NCBI RefSeq assembly: GCF_009914755.1
Contig: NC_060925.1
Length of the DNA: 64,000 nucleotides
Strand: one strand, 5' to 3'
From: the human T2T-CHM13v2.0 reference genome, Homo sapiens
The notes beneath the pieces were generated by a model. The model was given only the letters and a program-made list of their open reading frames with translations. It did not search any database and had not been told where the DNA came from. This document shows positions 55,760-64,000 of the stretch, piece after piece (position 1 is the first letter of the stretch; every line of letters begins with the position of its first letter). Made by a program: the position numbers and the translations under genes.

Positions 55760-57510
55760 AGAGGTAAAAGGCTTGTACACTGAAAACTATGAAACAATGC
55801 TGAAATAAATTTCAAAAGACCTAAATAAATAGAAAAACTTCCTGTGTTCATGGATAATAAAACCTAATATTGGTAAGATGTTAATGCTACCCAAAGTAAT
55901 CTACAGATTCAGTGTAATCTTTATCAAAATTCTAACAGCCATTTTTGCATATATGAAAAAGTCAATCCTTAAATTCATAAGGAACTGAAAGGTGCTCTGA
56001 ATAGTCAAAACAATATTGAAAAAAGAAAACAAAGTTGGGGATCTCATCCTTCCCAATTTCGCAACTTACTCCAAAGCTACAGTACATAAGCCAGTGTAGT
56101 ACTGACATTAAGAAAGATATATAGACCAATGGAAGGAAATTGAGAGTTATATATGGAATATAAACCAATGTATCTATAACTAATTGATTTTTGACAAAAG
56201 TGATGAGTTCATTCAATGGGGAAAGAAGAGTCTCTTCAACAAAGGTACTGGGACAAATGGATTTTCATCACATGAAAACAGAGTTGAATCCTTAGTTCAC
56301 AGCATATACAAAAAAATTAATTCAAAGATGGATCAACGGCTGAAATATAAGAGCTAAAACCACAACATGATTAAAAGAAAACCAAAGTAAATCTTCATTA
56401 CCTTAGATTTGGTAATGAAGACTTAGATATAACACCAAAAGCATGAGCAATGAAAGGAAAAATATATAAATTGAACTTCATCAAAATTAAGAACTTTTAT
56501 GCATCAAAGGACACTATCAAGAAAGTGAAAAGATAGCCTTTAGAAAGGGAGAAAGTATTTGCAAATAATATATGTTAAGGGTTTAATATCCGGAATATAT
56601 AAAGAACTCCTACAACTCAACAACACAAGACAAAAAAAAATTTAAATAGGTAAAGGACTTAAATAGACATTTCTCCCAAGAAGATATACAAATAGCCAAT
56701 AAGCACATGAAAAGATGTTCAACATCATCAATCATTAAAGGAATGCAAATAAAAGCCATAATGAGTTACCGTTTCACATTTATTAGAAGACCATAATAAT
56801 TAAAACGAAACAAAAACAGAAAATAGCAAGTGTTGCCAAGTAAGTAAAGAAGTTGGAACCCTAATACATTGCTGGTGGGAAAGTAAATTGTTGTAGTCAC
56901 TGTGAAAAACTGTAAGGCAATTCCTCAAAATAGTAAACATATAATTATCATATGACCCAGTAATTCCACTCCTTGGCACATACCCAAAAGGATTAAAACA
57001 GGGGGTTAAACAGACATTCATAATTGAATATTCATTGCAACGTTATTCACAATAATCAAAAGGTAAAAACAATGTAAGTGCCCAACAACAGTTGAATGGG
57101 TAAAGAAAATGTGGTGTATACGTACAATGGACTATTACTCAGCAATAAAAAGAAATGAAGTTGTGATACAAGCTACAACATGGATAAAACTTGAAAATAT
57201 GCTGTGTGAAATAAGCCAGACACACAATAAACAAGTACTATATGATCCTACTTACATGAAATACCTAAAATAGGCAAATACGTAGAGCCAGAAAATAGAT
57301 TAAAAGTTACTAAGGGCAAGTGTATGGGAGATTGAGAAGTTATTGCTTAAAGGCTAGAAAGTTTCTGTTTGTGGTGATAAAAATCTTTTAGAGATAGCGA
57401 TGATGGTTGCATGGCATTATGAATGTAATTAATGCCACTGAATTGTATACTTAAAATGGCTTAAAATGTCAGATTTTGTGTTACATATATTTTACAACAA
57501 CAAAAAAGTG
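55760..57510 (+). mobile_element. 5'-truncated L1MB 3' portion
   Basis: tacactgaaaactatgaaaca, ORF2 C-terminal remnants, and 3'UTR gatggttgc...taatgccactgaattgtatacttaaaatgg. Confidence 0.9.
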
Positions 57511-58739
57511 AAAAAAGTGTTAATGCTACTACAAAGCAAGTTAACCAAGAAAGGCAATTCCTCAGTATAATTTTGCTCTTTTTGAATTAGTCTTCAAAAG
57601 TTATCGATCTCTATTTAATCTAACCTTGCTTTGTACACAATGTTGAAAGGGTCACTTTTTACCACTCACCTGGAATTTTTATATTGTGTCAGAATTCCTC
57701 CTAACACTGTTCTACGATTTCAGTCCAGATTGAGGTTAAGTGACCTCCTAGTAGCTTGTACTCAACTTTCAGCTGGCTTTTGTTTCCTCAATTATTTGTA
57801 GGCTGTTTTGATGTACGTCAGCCACCAACTAGTCCCCATTCATGTAATAAAGTTAAATAAATGTATGAGCACCTGTCCACTCTTTTTGACTTTTCTGCTC
57901 CTGTCTTTCTTATTTTTCCAGCCACCAAAAGAAGCAGAAAGCGCAAAATAACTAGGAAGTAAATTCTCTTGTCATTGGAGCCCTATGTGATTAACGGTTT
58001 GGCAGTCATAAGGTTTCTCTCCTGTTTCACATCAGGATTTAACATCTCCATTCCAGCAAGAATTGCAAGCTGTTAGACGGTGCTTTAATTTGCTAATAAT
58101 TTAAATACATAAATACTCACCACTTTCATGCAGAGAAACTCTGCTTCTAATTACAGCATAAGTACAAAAACTTTACTACATAAATATCAAGCAATATCTA
58201 AACATAACCTAGCAAAGATACTTAAATAACCTTTACTTTTTTGTTATACAATAGATTTTTAAAATATAGAAAATAGAAAATACCAGAAGGTATAAGGAAG
58301 AAAATTAAAACTATCAAAAACCTCACCATTCACAAGGCATCAAAATTATCTTTGCATATTTATTTATAGTTCTCTTCATGTTAAATGTGTATGTGTATAC
58401 ATACATAAGTAGGGTTATCAAGGGTATTATCTTATTATAAAAGTATATATTCATTATAGAACATTTAGAAGACATAATAATTTTTTTAAATGATTGTTAC
58501 TTTATCATTATTTGGATGCAATAATTTTTATGTTTTTGCTACATATGCTTCCAAATTGTTTCTGTGTCAGTTAATGACTATTCCTGATTATAGAAGACAT
58601 AAATGTTAATTAGCTAAACTTGGAAAATGGGGCAACTTATTAAGAAAATCAATGACTGGGATATATCCTTCCTGAAATATAAATATAGCTTCAGTGACAG
58701 ATAAAATTATTTTAAGGCAATTCTACATGTCACTCAACA

Positions 58740-59660
58740 ATTGAACATCACTATTTTCTCAGTCATCAAATATACTACTAAAGCCTAAATTTTAATATTT
58801 ATACAGAATTTTTCAGTCTGTACCTATCATGGTTTAACTATTCTATCTTCTGTTGTCTATCTTATCTTCTGCTCAGCTTATGAGGGTACAAATTTCTTTG
58901 CACTCTCACCAAAATCAATAATTATCATATTTTTAAATCTTCACTGATTTATTAGGTGAAAAAGTATCTTACTTGAATTTTTAATTTACCCTGGTTTGAT
59001 TATTAGTGACATTAAACCTTTCCTACATATATGTTGATTACTTGTTTTATTTCTTTTGTGAATTGCTGTTATGTATCTCATGTATTTTTGCTTATGTTTT
59101 CTATTTTTTATAATAATCCTTTGTCTATGAAGTTAGAAATATTTCTTCTTTCATAAAAATTATACAAATTATACAAGTTATTTGTTTTAAATTTATAGCT
59201 ATTCTTACATAGATGGTTTCTTTAAAAATTAAATTAAGATCTATCGTTTTTTTCCATTTAGTTTTATTTTATAATTATTATTAGGCAGGCATTCCCTGCT
59301 TTCCAATATTTAATATTTTAGCTATTTTTTTATACTTTTTGTTTACATTTAATTCTGAATACTACTAAAATTTAATTGTATTACATCATTTGATGTAGAC
59401 AATTGAAATTCCTAATTTTTTTCAATTACTTAGTATCGTTAATTGGAATGTCTACATTTATTTGAAATGCTAGCTTTATTACATGCTAAGTGTTCTATAT
59501 ATGAATGGGTCTCTTTCTAGGCTTTGTATGCTATTGCATTGATAGGTTTATCAGCACAGAATTACTAAAATTATTGTAAAAATATAAACACTCTAATGTC
59601 TCTCAGTCTGAGTGACCTCTTTTGTTCTTCTAATTATTTTTGTAAACATTATTATTATGA
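58740..59660 (-). mobile_element. Very old L1 (L1ME-like) fragments
   Basis: T-rich; cactctcaccaa...tttattaggtgaaaaagtatctt and tttcttttgtgaattgctg are antisense L1 motifs. Confidence 0.6.
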
Positions 59661-61370
59661 AGTTTTCAAAAAACTTGAAACTTATTTAACCTTAGAAGTA
59701 GTGAAGTGACTATTACAATTTAGAAAATCTTCCTCCCCACCCTAAAAATTATAAAACTTTTCGCAATTGTAATGACCTTGGACAAGATACCTAAAGCTTA
59801 ACTTTCATCATAATGATCATTGAGGCATTTTTTTCTGCAATATTCTTTAGAGCTATACAAAAAGTAATGACCATTGTCCAGAAAGTAGCTCTAACATCAG
59901 TCATAAGAGCATCCTACTTAATTATGTGCTTACTGATTATACACGAATGAACAATGATGCTTCTGACTGTGATCTCTATCAACACGTGGATAACATTGAA
60001 TAGATCAGTAAGTAGTGGTGCTTTTAAGATCCTCACTGGCAGTTTCTTGCTTTTGGTCGAACAATGTAATATTGTATCCGTAAAAGGTCACAGCATTTCT
60101 GGTGGCAGTAGATAGGTTAGTGGCTTTGAGTTCTCTGAAATTTGAAGTTTTGTTTCAGGGTTAATTTAGAGTTTTTATGGAAGGTTACCCTGCAAATTTC
60201 TTTAGGAAACCTGCTGCCATATATCCTTTACAAGCACTGACTAGAAGAACCAGGCTTTATAAAGAATTGTTTAGATTAATCCAATAAGAAGCCTGAGGAA
60301 TAGAAACAAATAAGAAAATTGCACCATTGTCACTTAAACAGGGTTTTCTTATGAATTATATATGAGTTATTTATGTTGCCCTTTGATTCTTTTATGTTTC
60401 CTTTTCAAAAAGGAACAAGTATTTTGGCAGTTACATTCAATAATTAGAAATTCATATTAAGCTGCTAGATTTGTATCTACCAACTTTTCTCCCAGGCCAA
60501 ACTTATTATATGCCAACTAAGTTTTTCTTAGTTGACTTCTTGAAAGTAAGTTTGTTTTTCTACATGAATAGTTGATTTCTGAATAATCAATTCAATTTAC
60601 AAATTTTCAGAAGTGGATAATAGGAGTAATAATGCTTTAGGGATGTAGAGAAAAAATTCACTTAGAATTCATTAAACACTGTGTGTCCACAACCCCAATC
60701 TCCCTCTTCCCTCCTTGGATACAGGAAAAAAAGTCATTTCATGTTTTGAGGTCTTTTGTGTTCTGTCTGTGTACAAAGAAAAGGAGGTTCCTCTCCAAGG
60801 CCTACTTAGAAACTAAAACTTTGACCCATTCATTTATGTGCCCGTTAATCAATATTTGTTGAACATCTGCATTTTACTAGGTATTTCGATATTATACTAG
60901 GCATGAATTGTAACTTCTGTGATAATCTTTGATTTAGGACACTGGAGCACCCTAATGTGAGGGCTACAATTAATTAGAATCTAAAGACAAAAGCAGAGAA
61001 ATGAAAATAGATTTTAATATATTTCCTGTGATCATTAATAACAAGCTTGCTCAAAAATTATTTTCAGCCTTTAACTATTGACCTTCACCATTTGTCTAAA
61101 TTTTAAAAAGTGAAACTGTATTTACTATTGGATTAAGCAAGTCTATTTTTTTTATTGATAAGCTCTGTAGCATATATCTTCTGAAGCTTACCTTCTCAAT
61201 TCAATGCCTTATCCCTTGGCCTATTCTCCATTTCCAGAAACATATCTGATTCAAGATATAAGATAACATATTAAAATAACTAGCTAACATATGCTTCCTA
61301 GACCTATGCTGAAATAAGTTCTTTAGAGCAGAAGAAAAACACATCAGATGGGAACTTGGATTTAAAAAGT

Positions 61371-61696
61371 GAGGAAAAAAAAGAAAGAGAAGGAAAAAGA
61401 GAGAGAAGGAAGGAAACAGGAAGGAGGGAAGGAAGGAAAGAAGGGATGGAGGGAGGGAGAGAGAGAGAGAAAGAAAGAGAAAGGAAAGAAAGAAAGGAAG
61501 GAAGAGAGAGAGAAAGAAAGAAAGAAAAAAAGCAAGAAAAGAAAGAAGAACGGAGGAGAAAGGACGAAAGGAGGAAGAAAGGAAGGAAGGAAAGAAGGAA
61601 GGAAGGAAGAAGGAAGGAAGGAAAAGAAAAAGGAAGAAGAGAAAGAAAAGAGAGAGAAAGAAAGAAAGAAAAGAAAGAGAAAGAAAGAAGAAAGAA

Positions 61697-61744
<48 letters not shown>

Positions 61745-61759
61745 AAGAAAGGAAGAAAG
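61371..61759 (+). repeat. About 390-bp polypurine low-complexity tract: (GGAA)n/(GAAA)n/(GA)n
   Basis: Almost exclusively A and G; includes a (GAAA)n run near 61697-61735. Confidence 0.97.
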
Positions 61760-62616
61760 ATGCAGAATCTCTTCTTAGTGAGCCTATATCAATAACTTTG
61801 ACCTGTTTCAACTTTATGTTTCTTTCACTATTGTTCAATACCCTTAGACTGCATTCCCACAACAGTTCCCTGGATTTCTGTCTGTATAAATTAGAAAACA
61901 CAACTAGTTATTTTGAAGGACAGAACATTTCCTCATTAGTCACACTTTGTACCTCTCCTTCAGGAGCCTGCTTAAATGTAAATCTAATTATAGGTATAGG
62001 ACTAAAGTGGTGTTGTGGGAGTGAGTTATGAGGATAATCAGGATTGTCTTGCATGGCAACTGCCTCAGGGGAGGACATTACAGTTTCCTCAGGCAATGCA
62101 GAGTTAATCTCCTCAGACAGGGAGAGAAAGGCCACTACCCCTGTGGTTGTAAGGGCTGCTACCACTGGAATTAGGAAGGCTGATTCCCAGCAGGTGGGGA
62201 AACCTCTTCTATTGGCAAAGACTTATCAGAATTTAAGGGCTCAACATTTCAGCTTCATGAGGGTCTTCCCATATATCCCCATTCCAACTTATAGGATCCC
62301 ACTCTTTCCTAATCAATGCATTCACTTTAGCAGCAGGCACCTTGAAAGGCTGGAAGTTCACCTTGATATTGTAATTCATCCAGTCACAGGATAATATTCT
62401 GTGTTTGATTTTCAGCAATTTCAGCTTTGTAGCTATAAGAGATAAGAATCTCTTTCAGGGCAGACCTAGAAGTGTTCTGGTCATTCATGTGGTACTTCAG
62501 CTAGGAATTCAAATCCTTGAGTTTATTCTTTTCTTTCACCAGTTTTTCCAGTGGCATTAGGAGCAATCAGATAACCTCATTATATTTATTAGTTTTTTCA
62601 GAAGTGTTTGAAATTA

Positions 62617-63336
62617 CAGTAGTCCCCACTTTTCTGTGACTTCATTTTCCACAGTTTCAGTTACCCAGGGTCAATCAACTGTGGCCCAAAAATGTTAAAT
62701 TGAAAAATTTAGAAATAAACAATTTGTAGGTTGCATACCATTCTGAGTACCATCATGAAATATCATGCCATCCTACTCTGTCCCACCCAGGAGAGAAACC
62801 ATCCCTTTGTCTGCAGTATCTATACTGTATATACCACCCTTCCACTAGTTACTTAGTAGCCATTTCTATTAGATTGGCTGTCACGGTATCATAGTAATTG
62901 AGTCCAAGTAATTCTTATTTTACTTAATAATAGCTCCAAAGCAGAAAAGTAATGATGCTGGCAATTTGGATATGTCAAATAGAAGCTGCCAAGTTCTACC
63001 TTTAAGTGAAAATGTAAAACTTCTTGAATTGGTAAGGAAAGGAAAAAAATATATACCAAGGATGCTAAGATCTATGCTAAGAATGATTCTTCTATCCATG
63101 AAACTGTGAATTAGAAAAAGGAAATTTGTGCTAGTTTTGCTGTTGTACCTCAAATTGCAAAGTTACAGCCACAGTACATGATAAGGCTTCGGATGGAAAT
63201 CACATTAAATTTTTGGGCAAGAGACATGATCAGAAACACATTCTCACTGAAGGCAATTGAGTTCAGTTCTACACTGAAATTCAGTTATCCACTAGGGGGT
63301 CTTGGAATGTATCCCTCATGAATCAAGGGGAACTAT
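62617..63336 (+). mobile_element. MER44 (C/D-like, Tigger7-derived) DNA transposon
   Basis: TA followed by TIR cagtagtcccc; right end aaggggaactat followed by TA; about 720 bp inserted in ERV-L gag. Confidence 0.88.
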
Positions 63337-63544
63337 TAGATTGTAAACACAATCACCCAGCTTCTTGCTTCTTATCAATGGTTGATTAGGAATATTGAAT
63401 ACAGGTCCTTTTCATATCTCTATTGCCAAATCACACCATGGGCTATCAGTCCTCTCCTGGAAATTGAGTCATTCAGATTATAGAGCCAATTCCAAAAATC
63501 CTAGAACCAATTTAGTAAACTCATCCTTAAAATTCTATTTATCT

Positions 63545-63635
63545 GATATTGAATGTTACCAACACAAATAAATGATAAATGTTTGAGATGATGGATGTGC
63601 TAATTACCCTTATCTGATCATTATACATTATAAAA
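63545..63635 (+). mobile_element. Short L1MA 3'UTR fragment
   Basis: aacacaaataaatgataaatgtttgagatgatggatgtgctaattaccct. Confidence 0.75.
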
Positions 63636-63670
63636 ACTGTTTCTTTAGAACAATTCACGGTACCAAAATC

Positions 63671-63743
63671 TCTATTGATGTTTAAAGAGCTATCTGGAGG
63701 TTCCATGGCCCAGTCAAGTTGACATATAAAATTAACCGTAACA
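63671..63743 (-). mobile_element. MLT2 LTR remnant (5' LTR of the ERV-L), mostly deleted
   Basis: Reverse complement tgttacggttaattttatatgtcaacttgactgggcca is an MLT2 5' end, directly adjacent to the ERV-L internal start. Confidence 0.8.
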
Positions 63744-63819
63744 TCTTCCTTGTTTATTTTCCAAAACTTCGTGGGTGACTATTAGCAAATGTTTTTAAAT
63801 GGACATTTTCCTGTCTGAA

Positions 63820-64000
63820 GAATAAAGAAAACAATCACATTTATAATTGCATCAAAAACAATTAAATACTTAGGAATAAATTAACCGAGGAGGTAAAAGA
63901 TTTTACATTAAAAACTATAAAACACTGATGAAAGAAATAAAGACACAAATAAATGGAAAGATATCTGTGATAATGAGTCAGAATTCATATTGTTTAAGTA
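63820..64000 (+). mobile_element. L1M ORF2 fragment continuing beyond the window
   Basis: aaatacttaggaataaattaacc...gaggtaaaaga...aaaactataaaacactgatgaaagaaat. Confidence 0.85.

Larger units (their letters stand above)
61760..63670 (-). mobile_element. ERV-L internal 5' and gag region, decayed, with nested MER44 and a short L1MA piece
   Basis: The minus strand encodes FSNLYRQKSRELLWECSLRVLNNSERNIKLKQVKVIDIGSLRRDSA and KVNALIRKEWDPISWNGDIWEDP (ERV-L gag). The internal start gattttggtacc is at 63659-63670 (rc). Confidence 0.88.

Noticed and set aside
61356-62031. Long K/E/R-rich and F/S/L-rich ORFs (140-220 aa)
   Set aside because: Artefacts of the stop-free polypurine repeat joined to decayed ERV-L gag.

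Overview
This is AT-rich primate (human or great-ape-like) genomic DNA, intronic or intergenic, and heavily occupied by transposable elements. I find no supportable host protein-coding exon, tRNA, rRNA or CRISPR array. The dominant feature is a full-length (~6.17 kb), inactivated L1PA3-type LINE-1 at 5737-11911 (+). It has a 14-bp TSD and still carries the ~129-bp ZNF93-targeted 5'UTR segment that younger L1s deleted. Other elements are a complete THE1D-type MaLR provirus (44150-46453), ERV-L pol and gag remnants at the two ends of the window, several older L1s, three Alus and a FLAM, solo LTRs, Tigger/MER DNA transposons, L2s and MIRs. The most unusual structure, not explained by any element I recognise, is a 304-bp ungapped inverted duplication (35022-35325 and 36095-36398, about 93% identical, 769-bp spacer) with signs of arm-to-arm gene conversion. 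It is a candidate recurrent micro-inversion or long-dsRNA locus. Subfamily names come from recalled consensus sequences and need RepeatMasker/Dfam confirmation. Boundaries of old elements are approximate.
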